64,000 bases of DNA from Macrostomum hystrix. Taxonomy: Eukaryota > Animalia > Platyhelminthes. Within the stretch, counting starts at the first letter, position 1. Each line of letters opens with the position of its first letter. Location: NCBI GenBank assembly GCA_950097015.1, contig CATNEN010000037.1, positions 3,782,001 through 3,846,000 on the forward strand, in the 5' to 3' direction. The translations under genes were made by a program, and so were the position numbers. The notes beneath the pieces were generated by a model. The model was given only the letters and a program-made list of their open reading frames with translations. It searched no databases and was not told the origin of the DNA. Below are positions 22,401-33,644 of the stretch, in pieces.

Positions 22401-24877
22401 CGTTCGTAGTGTGTGTGAGTATCGCTCGTAGTGTGTGTGAGTATCGCTCCTAGTGTGTGTGAGTATCGCTCATAGTGTCTGTCTTAGAATTGCTCATAGT
22501 GTCTGTCTTAGAATCGCTCATAGTGTCTGTCTTAGAATCGCTCATAGTGTCTCTTTGAGAATCGCTCATAGTGTCTGTCTGAGAATCGCTCTTAGTGTCT
22601 GTCTGAGAATCGCTCATAGTGTCTCTTTGAGAATCGCTCATAGTGTCTCTTTGAGAATCGCTCATAGTGTCTGTCTGAGAATCGCTCATAGTGCCTCTTT
22701 GAGAATCTCTCATAGTGTCTTTTTGAGAATCGCTCATAGTGTCTGTCTGAGAATCGCTCATAGTGTCTGTCTGAGAATCGTTCATAGTGTCTCTTTGAGA
22801 ATCGCTCATAGTGTCTGTCTTAGAATCGCTCATAGTGTCTGTCTGAGAATCGCTCATAGTGCCTCTTTGAGAATCTCTCATAGTGTCTTTTTGAGAATCG
22901 CTCATAGTGTCTGTCTGAGAATCGCTCATAGTGTCTCTTTGAGAATCGCTCATAGTGTCTGTCTGAGAATCGCTCATAGTGTCTGTCTGAGAATCGTTCA
23001 TAGTGTCTCTTTGAGAATCGCTCATAGTGTCTCTTTGAGAATCGCTCATAGTGTGTCTTAGAATCGCTCATAGTGTCTGTCTTAGAATCGCTCATAGTGT
23101 CTGTCTGAGAATCGTTCATAATGCCTCTTTGAGAATCTCTCATAGTGTCTTTTTGAGAATCGCTCATAGTGTCTGTCTGAGAATCGCTCATAGTGCCTCT
23201 TTGAGAATCTCTCATAGTGTCTTTTTGAGAATCGCTCATAGTGTCTGTCTGAGAATCGCTCATAGTGTCTCTTTGAGAATCGCTCATAGTGTCTGTCATA
23301 GTGTCGCTCATTGAGTCGCTCATAAGCTATTCTGCAACCACCCGCAGACGCTGAAGAACAAATGGTGGAAAGAGACTGGCATCTGCGGCAGTCAGGACTC
23401 CCAGAATTCCAAGAACGCCAATCCGTTAGACACTCGAAGCATTGGCGGCATCTTTCTAGTGCTAATCGGTGGTGTTTTAGTGTCAGTCTGTCTGGCACTG
23501 GCAGAGTTTGTTTGGAATTGGCGCAAAATGCGTCGCATGTCAATTGCCAGACAGGACAGTCACGCCGAGCTCTGCCGCGGCATTTGTAAACAGGCTGCAT
23601 CCTCTTTGAATTGTTTCGGCTCTAACAAGAAGCCTCACAGATCTGATCCCACTATTGAAATTCCTCTACTGCCGCGTCAGCAGCAGCAGCAGCAGCCCCC
23701 ACCAGCACCGGAGCTGCCGCCACCGCCGCCGCCGCCAATTCCGCCTAGACGGCAGTCATCGATGTCTAGCAATCCTAGGCGACGCCAACACTTTGGCTAC
23801 ACCGCTGATGGCGGAGTTGAATATGACATTTAGATGGCCCTGCAAAGCCAAGGGGGCGCACATAAGCCAGTGCTTTGATGAATCCACCAGTGGGCATAAA
23901 TAGTATACTGCCCTAAATTTGTATCTATCTATGTCCACTTTAAAGCTGATGTCCGTTTTCATCAGCAAATGAACAAGCATGCCAAGATATACGCCTTTGC
24001 TACTGAAACTGCCTAAAAACGTACAAAAATGTTAATTAAAAAGTGACCATTTTTTTATTTCACTCGCAGTTTGACGATGACGAAGAAGATGAAGAGGTTC
24101 GTCCCTGTTGCTGGTTTTTTTATGGTAGTTTCTTCGCTTTTAAAAGTTAATACTTTTTCATGTTTTTTTGCTTTTTTTTGCTTGTCATAGTTACGTTTTT
24201 TCACAGGTTTTTAATATGGTACTATGATTAATAGTGGCAGAGCGGTTAACGCGTTTGCGTCTCGCACCAAGGTCCCTGAGCTCGATTCCGTGGCGAGGCC
24301 ACATTCATTTGGAGCGCAGCCGCGGAGAGAAGGCTTGGGGGCTTGTCGTGCAATTTACGCCCTCGAGTACCAACCTCCAAGGCACAGTGAAGTGTACACT
24401 GCCGGAAGATGAGAAAGGGCAGATGTACACACCTGTGTGAGCGTGTGTGCTCAGGAATCAGCGAAACGGGCAGAATTGCCTCCTCGCTGGCTGCTGGTCT
24501 AGTGTCACCACATGACTGCCTTCTGCAGCTCTTCTATTATTATGTGATTCGTACTTTAATGATAGGGGAAGTATTTTCTTGCACAGGAAATTTGTGAATT
24601 CGGATTTTTTTTAAAGGAAGACATTTTAGGATTGGGATGATAACTGATCGCAATACTCCTGTGATGATTTGCATCCCCCCATATCCATTAGGTAAGTTTA
24701 AGCAATTCGCCACTTTCCTAAAGCTATGTTTGCAAGCCCTGAATGTCTGCCTGAATTCCACTATTTGTGTATAACTAACAGTAAAATTCACCTAATTCTC
24801 AGGATGACGATGCAGACAACGAGGTGAATTATCTAGACGAGGAGGAGGAAACGGAACAACAGGTGGCAAGACGTTAA
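13407..24877 (+). CDS. NAP1L: Nucleosome assembly protein 1-like (NAP1/SET family), multi-exon
   Basis: Proposed exons: 13407-13522; 14650 or 14687-15408; 17221-17243; 17399-17407 (microexon); 18782-18901; 24070-24096; 24803-24877. NAP motifs: LPEPMKRRIRALKKLQ, PGFWLTAL, FTLEFHFSANEYFTNSVLTKQY, CDIQWCKGKNVT, DSFFNFF, DFEIGHFIRERIVPRAVLCFTGE, plus an acidic tail. The core exons are secure; exon 1, the exon-2 acceptor and the last two exons are less certain. Confidence 0.85.
14268..14550. repeat. 16-bp minisatellite (CTCACCTCTCCCATRT)n in NAP1 intron 1
   Basis: Direct periodicity. Confidence 0.93.
15690..17092. repeat. 24-bp G-rich minisatellite (GGTTGGTAGGTTAGCAACTAATGG)n in NAP1 intron 2
   Basis: Direct periodicity. 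Source of the VANLPTPL pseudo-ORF. Confidence 0.96.
17580..18738. repeat. 33-bp minisatellite (GTACATTGTGCTGAGGGTTGCTAGTGATTGAGT)n in a NAP1 intron
   Basis: Direct periodicity. Source of the MYTQSLATLST pseudo-ORF. Confidence 0.96.
19284..23833 (+). CDS. Ionotropic glutamate receptor subunit, kainate-like (non-NMDA), 3 exons
   Basis: Exons 19284-20423, 20577-22232 and 23348-23833, all phase 0. Signal peptide and ATD, [51 protein letters not shown] (Q/R site = Q), SYTANLAAFLT, MESAMIEY, GGLIDSKGYG, KWW, and M4 SIGGIFLVLIGG. Start could be the ATG at 19284 or 19326. Confidence 0.95.
20458..20530. repeat. Short 23-bp tandem repeat in iGluR intron 1
   Basis: (CAGTCTGCTTCTGCTTGCAGTTT) about 3 copies. 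Confidence 0.8.
22311..23320. repeat. Composite 22/24-bp minisatellite in iGluR intron 2
   Basis: GAGTATCGCTCRTAGTGTGTGT units grade into GAGAATCGCTCATAGTGTCTGTCT units. Confidence 0.95.
24236..24540 (+). mobile_element. tRNA-derived SINE, family A, copy 2
   Basis: A-box TGGCAGAGCGG and B-box-like GCTCGATTCC. The body is homologous to 12500-12702 (-). The 3' boundary is approximate. Confidence 0.7.
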
Positions 24878-25337
24878 GCACTGTGATACTAACCAAACCC
24901 ATGATAGCAAGTACTGAAAACTGCCAAATGCTGCCTTTTATTTTAACCAAAATATTCCAATTTAAAGGATGTGCAATAATTATAAAATAAAAAAATGCAT
25001 GCATAGTACTACCTACTTATAGTAGCTATTCTAGTCTTGAATCTATTTTTAGTTGTCCGGCTAGCCAGTTTTCATTTCTTACCTTTCTTACTGTTTTTGT
25101 GCTTTATGGTTATATTTTCCTTAGAAAACTACTTTTGCATTTTCCAAAAATGTTTTATTTTTTATTTTCTCAATGGTTATTACCACTTACGAGATATTTT
25201 AACTCTGACCAAATATCAGTGATTTATCAGTGCGTCAAATACAGCAAATCACTTCCCTAATTGCCAAAACTTGGGCAGACTGCTTTCTTGACTCATTTCT
25301 TTCTCAGGAGATCACAAATTATTGCCCTGCACACCGC

Positions 25338-25790
25338 CCAGTGACTGCAGATCAGCCGCTAACAAGCATGCTTGGACACACACACAGCCCAGTGACTGCA
25401 GATCAGCCACTAACAAGCATGCTTGGACACACACACAGCCCAGTGACTGCAGATCAGCCGCTAACAAGCATGCTTGGACACACACACATCCCAGTGACTG
25501 CAGATCAGCCGCTAACAAGCATGCTTGGACACACACATACCAGTGACTGCAGATCAGCCGCTAACAAGCATGCTTGGACACACACACAGCCCAGTGACTG
25601 CAGATCAGCCGCTAACAAGCATGCTTGGACACACACATAGCCAGTGACTGCAGATCAGCCGCTAACAAGCATGCTTGGACACACACACAGCCCAGTGACT
25701 GCAGATCAGCCGCTAACAAGCATGCTTGGACACACACATAGCCAGTGACTGCAGATCAGCCGCTAACAAGCATGCTTGGACACACACAGT
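25338..25790. repeat. 49-51-bp minisatellite between NAP1 and APC4
   Basis: (CCAGTGACTGCAGATCAGCCGCTAACAAGCATGCTTGGACACACACAYAGC) about 9 copies. Confidence 0.95.
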
Positions 25791-25841
25791 CCAATGAAAC
25801 TGTAATCTTAAAGATGTTTTCTCATCTTCAGCCATCAAATC

Positions 25842-28800
25842 ATGACCAGCGAAGCGGCAGGTGGCCTACCCGAGTACTCGTTCCGCACTAGCTCTGACAA
25901 GAGCCTCCCAGGCCATCAAATTCGCCTGATGAAAGCCTCGCCACGCATGGATTTGCTGCTGTTGGCGGCAGACAATGGCGATGTGCTGCTGTACCGTTGG
26001 GGTTGGGAGCGGGTCTGGCTGGTTGCCAAGCCAAGGGATCTGCGCGACTGTCCGGCTGCTGACGGTGACAAGGACAGTGATTGCTGCCAGTCCTGTCACC
26101 TGCATCGACTGGCGACCCGACGGACAGGTGGCGTTGGTGGCTTACAGGTGAGAACTGGTTTATTGTTGGCTTACAGGTGAGAACTGGTTTATTGATGGCT
26201 TACAGGTGAGAACTGGTTTATTGATGACCTATATGTGAAGGATATCAGTTAGTAGTGGTTGACAGATGAGGAATCCCACTTGTTTCACGTGTGCTTTGCG
26301 CATTTGTCATCTTCAGTTCCTGTTCAAATTTTCTCATTCAATTAGCGACGGCCGCATCCGACACCTCAGCCTGGAAGATGGCAGCGTGCTGCACGAAGAT
26401 CACGTGACCAGACCTGACGACAAGAGCCGCTCAGACTGCGAGGAGCTCGACACTGATTTAGACGAAGGCCCGGTGCTGTGCAGCCACTGGGCCGTGCTGG
26501 CCAATCGTCAGTTCAACGAGCCCTGGACCCGGGCTCGCGACGCTCTGCCGGTCTTCTCCGACATCTTCGGCAACGGCGGCGGCTCCTCAACCGCCGGCAT
26601 CGTCGACTGGACGGCCTCGCGTCGTATTGAGCGCCAGTTAAGCATGCTGGCGCTGACAACTCGGCGCCGGCTGCACCTGCTGGCCTATGGCATCTGCCGA
26701 CTGTGTCGGGTGTCGCTGGACGAGTTGTCCATGAACGCTAGTCGGATCTGGCAATCTGGCCTCTACCGGCCAGTGTCCGTCATGCTGTCGGACAATTTGA
26801 CCTGCGTCAGCCTGCTGGCTCGGCTCTCAAATAAAGTCGAAAACAACGAAGAAGCCGGTGGTAGTCCGCAGTCCATGCTGCTGCAGTGCGACACCGGCCT
26901 AGCAGCAGCTGGCCGTTACGAGCGGGTGAGGCAGGTTGCCCTGACTGTGGTGCAGCTGACCCAGCTCACTGCAGCTGTGCGCCGCTGTCTCAAGGACATG
27001 CGAGAGTGCTGGGAGGACTCGGTAATTTGCTTGTTGTCTCCTCTGATCCTACAAATCATTTTGTATCTGTAGAATCTGAAGATGAAAACAACTGATACTT
27101 AAAATTAATCAGGTATAAGCTCAGGTCCATAAACTCAAGCTGTTGTATTATCTGATTCCAAAAATCTATTTACAGTATTCCCAGATCCCTATAGACAATA
27201 CTCCACAATCCCGGATCCCAAAAGACAATCCACCAAAATCCCAGATCCCAAAAGGCAATCCACCAAAATCCCAGATCCCAAAATGCTAATTCCCCATAAT
27301 CCCAGAATACCCAGATCCTTAATCTAAATCTGCTTTAATCCCATATCCTTAAAGTCAATCCGCCATGATTCCAGATTCCCAAAATCAAATCACAATAATT
27401 TTAGATCCCCAATTCCAGGTCCCAAAGGTCCCTGGTCCCAGCCTATCCTAACAAGCAAGCCACTCCCCACCCAAAGGTGCACGAGTTGGACCAGAAATTC
27501 GCCGACTACAGCAAGGATCGCGACGAATACGCGCTGGCCATGGGCGAGCCTGATTGGCAGCTCCGCACTGATCTCATGGCCCTGCTGCTCACCGGCCATT
27601 GTCACGCCAAATTTCGTGAATTCCTCTGCGAAGGCCTGTCCAGAGCTGGCCTAGTCCGCATCGGGCGCGGCATCGAGGCCAGCCTGTGCTCCGTGCAGCG
27701 GCACAACGCCAGGCAGCTGCAGACTCTGCTGTTTGCCGCAATTTTTCATCTCAGCGAGCTGGCCGATCTGGCGGCCACTGGCGTCGGCGAATTCGGCGAC
27801 GATGCGGATGACGAGCTGGGCGAACGGCGATTCCAAGCTGGCGAAGATGCTGAAGAGTCTGAGATTGTAGTGGATGACGAGGAGAAGGAAGATGGAGGCC
27901 TCGGCAGGCTTCGGCTAGGTGGGAGTTGTACTCAAGATACCTACTCACCTACTTAAGTGCAAACAGTCACTCAGCCGCAGCTATTGGCTGTAAAACTGTT
28001 GTGTACATTCAGTCGGTGGACTGCAAATGTTCTGTCCCAGCAGATGCTGGTACCCTTTCAATAGCTGGATTGTAACAATTTGGAATTAAGCTTGTTACTC
28101 AACTGGAGATAATTTCCCCTTGGTCCAAGATTCGAACTCGCGACCCTGTCGGTCAGAAGTACAAAACAATTTTTTCCACATGAGCTAAATGTAAATTGTA
28201 CTTTAATCAATGCTCGAAGTTTACATGTACTTTTATTTCTTTGTTAAAGTACATAACTGTTTTTCCGCCCAGGCGAGCTCAGTCGCAGGCGCGCAGTTGA
28301 CGCGCTGAGCTACGCCGGCACCGCTCTGGCCAAATCGCTGGAACTCGGGGCCGTCATCGATCGCACCCGGGACAGCCTGCGCGCCTTCTGCGAATGGCTG
28401 TTCGTGCAGATCCTTCGCCTGTCCAAGGAACCCGTGCCCCGCTCTCTGCAGCAAACTACAGCTCAGCGGCGCCGCCTGGTCTCCGAGTTCATTCGACACC
28501 AGCTGGCCGAAGGAGACGGACAGAGAAGATTCCGCCTGGAACTAGTCGGACAGTATCTGGCCGAGGCTCCCCTGGCCGCCGTGCCCGACTGTCCGACCGT
28601 CTGGCAGCAGGTGCTGGAACGACATCTGAAGCGGCAGCGGGAGATGGAGGAAGTGACTGAGGCTGGCGGCACGCGGCGATCGACGCCGTCCTGTCTGCTT
28701 GTGCAGCCCGACAAGGCGGCTTCAATGGCGCAGTGCCTCAATCGACTGTGCGACATGGTGGCCTCCGGCTGCCGGCTGGCTGAGCCCCGGAGGCTGAGGC

Positions 28801-29571
28801 TGCTGACACCTGCGCTGCCGCTACCTGGTTGCCGACCACTGGCGCAGGGGTACATGGGAAAGCAGGTGAGCCACTGTGCGGGTGTCTCATTATGGGAAAG
28901 CAGGTGAGCCACAGTGCGGGTGTCTCATTATGGGAAAGCAGGTGAGCCACTGTGCGGGTGTCTCATTATGGGAAAGCAGGTGAGCCACTGTGCGAGTGTC
29001 TAATTGTAATTCACCCACTGCCAAACAGGGCCAGTACCACGCGCTGCTGCTGGATCCGAGCCTTAACAGCTGCCTGCTAGTTCGTCAGCAGATGGCAGGC
29101 CAGTCCTTCGCTGACGCATCCTGGTGTGGTCTCCGATTCAGCTTCCGCTCGCCTAATGGCGCCGAATTTGCCGACGCCTGCCAGCTGGATTCAAACCAGT
29201 TCGCCTGCCTGCTTGTCGAGGCGGCGTCCGAGACTACATCTCTCTTTGTGCTGCCGCTGGCAGTCTTTAAAGATGCCGACTGGTCGCCACTGTCTTCCCC
29301 GGAGGCGGCCCTGAAATTAAGTAGCATCGACCTGGCCGAACGGCTCAGCGAACGTCTACGCTGGGAGAATCTGCCCGGTCGCGGTATCGCTGTAGCCGCT
29401 GAGCGTCGCCTACTTATGTCCCTGCTGTTCTCCTGTCGCCGGCGTCTCTGTGTCTGTCTACTCGAACCCTACTGCGAAGACGACGACGATGAAGAAGCAG
29501 ACGGGGAAGGCAAAAAAGGCGGTGGTGAGGCTGAAGCTGCCGAGTCTGCACTGATGGAACAGGACGCCTAA
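25842..29571 (+). CDS. ANAPC4: Anaphase-promoting complex subunit 4, 5 exons, with a 1-nt frameshift near 26078
   Basis: Exons 25842-26147, 26346-27021, 27477-27918, 28273-28865 and 29029-29571. The N-terminus SFRTSSDKSLP...SPRMDLLLLAADNGDVLLYR...RVW and VTCIDWRPDG match APC4 (SFRVVGEKQLP...SPKRDLIAL...VTCLAWRPDG). AKSLELGAVID...AFCEWLFVQILRL matches the APC4 helical domain. Confidence 0.88.
26138..26224 (+). repeat. 29-bp tandem repeat (3 copies) that contains the exon-1 splice donor of APC4
   Basis: GGCTTACAG|GTGAGAACTGGTTTATTGWT in three copies. Confidence 0.93.
27958..28165 (-). mobile_element. tRNA-derived SINE, family B, copy 1 (APC4 intron 3)
   Basis: The minus strand has B-box GAGTTCGAATC. 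It shares GGGTACCAGCAT, GACTGAA and TAGCTGCGGCTG with 40692-40970. Confidence 0.6.
28854..29000 (+). repeat. 38-bp tandem repeat (4 copies) that contains the exon-4 splice donor of APC4
   Basis: ATGGGAAAGCAG|GTGAGCCACTGTGCGGGTGTCTCATT starting at 28854, 28892, 28930 and 28968. Confidence 0.93.
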
Positions 29572-30430
29572 TGAAGTTCTAAGGTTTTTTATTAGGAATT
29601 CGACTGTTCGTGACTCTTCAACCTATCCCCTTATGAAAACATGAATTTTTGTAACTACGAAAGACATGTAACTATTGTTATTATCATAAATTATTATTAA
29701 TTGTAAAATTACTTGTCTCCATCGCTTTCGTCAAGTAAAATCTGGTTCAGTTATAAAATTTGGCTCTCTGTCCAATGAAACTATTAGTTTCTTTGTTGCA
29801 TTTCGCATCTTCCGATATCTTTTTGGTGTTTATTTAGGTGTATTATATTCACGGATAAAAAATAAACTTAGACTGAATGCGCTCTTGTTTCAACGCTCAT
29901 ACGTCAACGTGAAAATGTATATGAATATGAAAAATTTGTTTTCTCGTCTCGGTTATTTATAGTTTCAGAGGCAACTAAATAAAAAGTCGAAATAGCATTT
30001 GCACGTGATAGTAAACATTTCTTACTGTCAGTTTGACGTTTAGGAAGCTTAGTTCAAAATCATTAGTTCCTCAAAAAGCTTTTAAAATAATTTTTGTGTT
30101 GTAAAAGTATCAGTATCAGTATACTAATTTGTATCAGTATAAAGCGCAATGAATAACTATAGCTATGGAGTAGATATGCATCAAGTTGATTCACCTTTTC
30201 AAACGAAACATTTGTTATGTTTTTTTAACGTAAACGTTGTTTTCGTTTTCGCGGAAAATTCTGTTTATCACTTTAGTTTAGCACTGCACGCTAAGGTTGT
30301 TTGCCCTATGTAATGGTTTCCCGATGGATATTCAGATTGCACCCACCCACCCACCCACCCACCCACCCAGATTGATATTCGATGAATCAAAAACTCTATA
30401 AAATTAAACAAACTTGGAGTGTCGAAACTT

Positions 30431-30713
30431 TATATTCTCCATACAGCAAACGAGATATGATACCATGTCAAATTCCTACCAAATTGGACTAGTAGTTTCG
30501 GAGATAATCATCTGTACGTGGTGCTCACCATCTCTGCTATATATTTCAATAGGCTCTCTTGATATTCGCAGGAGAGACACTTTGGCTTAATCCACACTGC
30601 TCATACTTAATATTCTCCATACAGCAACTGAGATATGATACCGTGTCAAATTTCTACCAATTTGGACTAGTAGTTTTGGAGATAATTACCTGTACATGGT
30701 GCTCGCCATCTCT
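30431..30713. repeat. About 105-bp imperfect direct repeat next to a (CCCA)n microsatellite; possible non-autonomous element
   Basis: 30431-30537 and 30610-30713 (TATTCTCCATACAGCAA...GGACTAGTAGTTT.GGAGATAAT...CCATCTCT). (CCCA)n lies at about 30350-30368. Confidence 0.75.
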
Positions 30714-32189
30714 TGTTTACTTGCTCACCAACCATTAAATGTTTACCCTTTACATATGCTGCTCGACTGCAATACTTGAAACCAAATAGCTATTATATAT
30801 GATGACTGTCTACTTATCGATCAAACAGCAATAAACTTATTTAGTTTATATATCACTAAGATCCAGAATATTTTGGACTTTATTAGGCCTATTGCATATT
30901 ACTTTTGCTGTATAATAGTTTCCGCATTCTTTAAAGTTAAAAAAATAGTGTCTTTCGAATTTAAACCACTTGTGCAAGATACACAATTCATAGCATTATG
31001 ATATATATTTGGTAAAGCATACATTGTTAAATTCTTTAAGACCAAAGTTTATTAGGCCTAACATCTAGAGGTTCTTAGATGTATCAAAAGCATTGTCATT
31101 ATCATACTTATTCACATTTGCAATCAGGCTATTTTTATAATAGGTTAATGTCTGAAGAATGTTACAATGTTCAGTCCAAATCATAGTAATTGTTTTTTAA
31201 CTTTAAAGCCTCAAATTTCATAAACAGGCTTACAAGTTAACTCTTTGCATCACAAAATATTCTAGCCAATTTATTTTAATAAAATAATTGATATAATTAT
31301 GCTACTGTTAACAAAAGTGCCAACTTAATTGGTGATCCTTGTTATTTGCATTATTTAGAGCAATTTTTCATAGTATCATATAGTAATTAAATCAATTGAC
31401 TCTTGTATGTTGTTATGTCATCTGGTCATTTTAATTTGTGGTAATATATCTGGTTGTTTTCATTGCGCCAGTTTTGATGTGCACTGCTTTTATATTTTTA
31501 GAGACATATTTATTTACATTTTTATTTTTTATATAGAGAAGACAACTTTTACATGGAGAGAATTGATACATAGATACACACAGAGATTCATTTTAAGTAT
31601 GGGTAGTGGATTCATATGCAATATAGAAATGTTTTAATGGTACATGTGCACACACTCTGGCAGGAAAGATCAATTGATTGTTTTTCTTTTAAATAAAAAC
31701 TAAAATCTACAAATTTGCAAAACTTATGCTAGTAATGATTTATAATTATAAATAATTAATGAGTTAATTAAATTGTTAGTGGACAAATGTTTGTCAGTGT
31801 TTGCAAGTTGTGGACCATACAATACAATGGAGTGAAGTGAAGTGAATACAATGCTAATACAATGCTACTACAAAATAACACTTAGGTTCAGAATTCAGAT
31901 AAGAGTTTTTAATGCACTATGATAACATGGAGATATTATTTTAGCTTAATTAACTATACTGTTTAGTGTAGTTAGTTACAGACAATTTTAGCAACATTGC
32001 TCATATAGATGTGAAAAAGTGTTTTTTAGTATAAAAAAATAGTTTACATGTTTGTTTTAATTACAACATAACCACTCTAATTTCAAGACACTTATTTATA
32101 TATAGACTTTTGTATTATTGGTAGTGTCTAAATTAGGGCTTTGCAACAAACTGAGTAACTTGACTGAGGCAGCACTGAAATTATTTCAG

Positions 32190-33244
32190 GCTAAGGTCAG
32201 CACTGGCCCAGGGGGTCTTCAGCTTCGGGTTCATCCCGTTGTGCTGTCCCAAATTGTGGACTTTTATGAGCGGCGGCCAGAGAACCAGCTGCGAGTGATT
32301 GGCACTCTGCTGGGTGAGTTAAGCTGCTTTCAGATATTGAAAGCCTTACAATGCTTTCTAATGTCGAGTCTTCCCACCCAAAAAACTCCTACAGGCAGCA
32401 ATGACAACAAAGGCCTGGTGATGGCCACCAACTGTTTCGCCGTGCCGCATAGCGAATCCGAGGACACGGCCGCCATAGATATGGAATTCCAGCGGGCTAT
32501 GTTTGAGCTGCATCGCAAAGCCAATCCTGGCGAATCTGTTGTGGGCTGGTTCAGCACCGGCTCCATCATCCGGCCGCCCTCCGTGCTAATTCACGATTAT
32601 TACTCGCGCGAGTGCAGGCGCCCGGTGCACCTGCTGGTCAACGCCGAGGTTGACGACAATCGAACCGGCATGCAGTTCAAGGCGTTCGTTAGCACCGCCA
32701 TTGGCGTGCCCGGCGGCACCACTGGTACGATGTTTGTACCTATTGAACTGCGCATTGAAGCCTACGACGACGAGGCCGCGGCCTGCCGTGTTATGCAGAG
32801 CGGCAGGAACAATGTCAAGCGGGCAGTCAGCTTGTTGGACGACGTCGGTAGCGTGCGCGCGGCGACCAGGAATCTGTCTCGCATGTTGGAGCAGGTGATT
32901 CATCATTAGCAACATCTACTATTCATTTGTTTGCCTTATCTGGTCATTTAATCTGATTAGTCCACTGTTCCCTCATCGGGTCACTCGATTCGCCAGTCCC
33001 GCGCTCCTCCACCATCATCTCGCAGGTGATCGCCTACGTTGACTCGGTGCTCACCGACCAGCAGAAGGCCGACCCTCAGCTGGGCAGGTCCCTAGCCCAG
33101 CTGGTCAACACTGTGCCCAAACTGGACAAGGAGGCATTCGATGACATGGTCAACTCATCCACCAAGGACCTGCTCATGCTGTCCTACCTGACCACCATGA
33201 TCCGGACGCACCTGGACTTCAACGAGAAGCTCATCGCTATGTGA
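32190..33244 (+). CDS. EIF3F: Eukaryotic translation initiation factor 3 subunit F (MPN domain); start-codon exon not located
   Basis: Exons 32190-32313, 32395-32894 and 33026-33244. Motifs RVHPVVLSQIVDFYERR, RVIGTLLG, NCFAVPHSESED, VVGWFST, IHDYYSRE, and DLLMLSYL...NEKL. AATAAA at about 33327. Confidence 0.93.
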
Positions 33245-33644
33245 CAGTCTGGTTTAATCCTTCTCGATCGCACCCGTTTGGAGTTGTCTCATGATTTGTT
33301 GTCAACTGGTCACTAGCGAGAAAGAAAATAAAAATAAATTTATTATTAGCTTACCTGTATTTCTCCCAACCATGTTAAAGTACAAATTTCAAAGTCCAGC
33401 TGGATTGCGTTTGCTGCGAGAGAAGCGAATAGTTTGAATTCATTGAGACACGCGCATTCGATGTTCGCTTTTGCTTTTATTGCAGTGGCGGTGGTGTTTC
33501 AATGTTAGAATAAATCTCTGTCATCGCATGAGTGTGCGGAAATGAAGCGCAGGAATTTATCCTTTGCTTGTCCGTTTAATTGTGGGAGCTATTAGTTCGT
33601 TAGTAAGTTAGTGATCTATTTTACCTCGCGATCCAACGTGTCTA

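Noticed and set aside
25338-25790. CRISPR-like appearance of regular 29-51 bp repeats here and elsewhere
   Set aside because: Units are head-to-tail with no unique spacers, there are no cas genes, and the context is eukaryotic.
28110-28165. Possible tRNA-Arg(TCT) gene on the minus strand, and tRNA-like sequences at 24236 and 40692
   Set aside because: No complete cloverleaf or acceptor stem, and no oligo-T terminator. Each continues into a shared repeat body, so they were called SINE heads.
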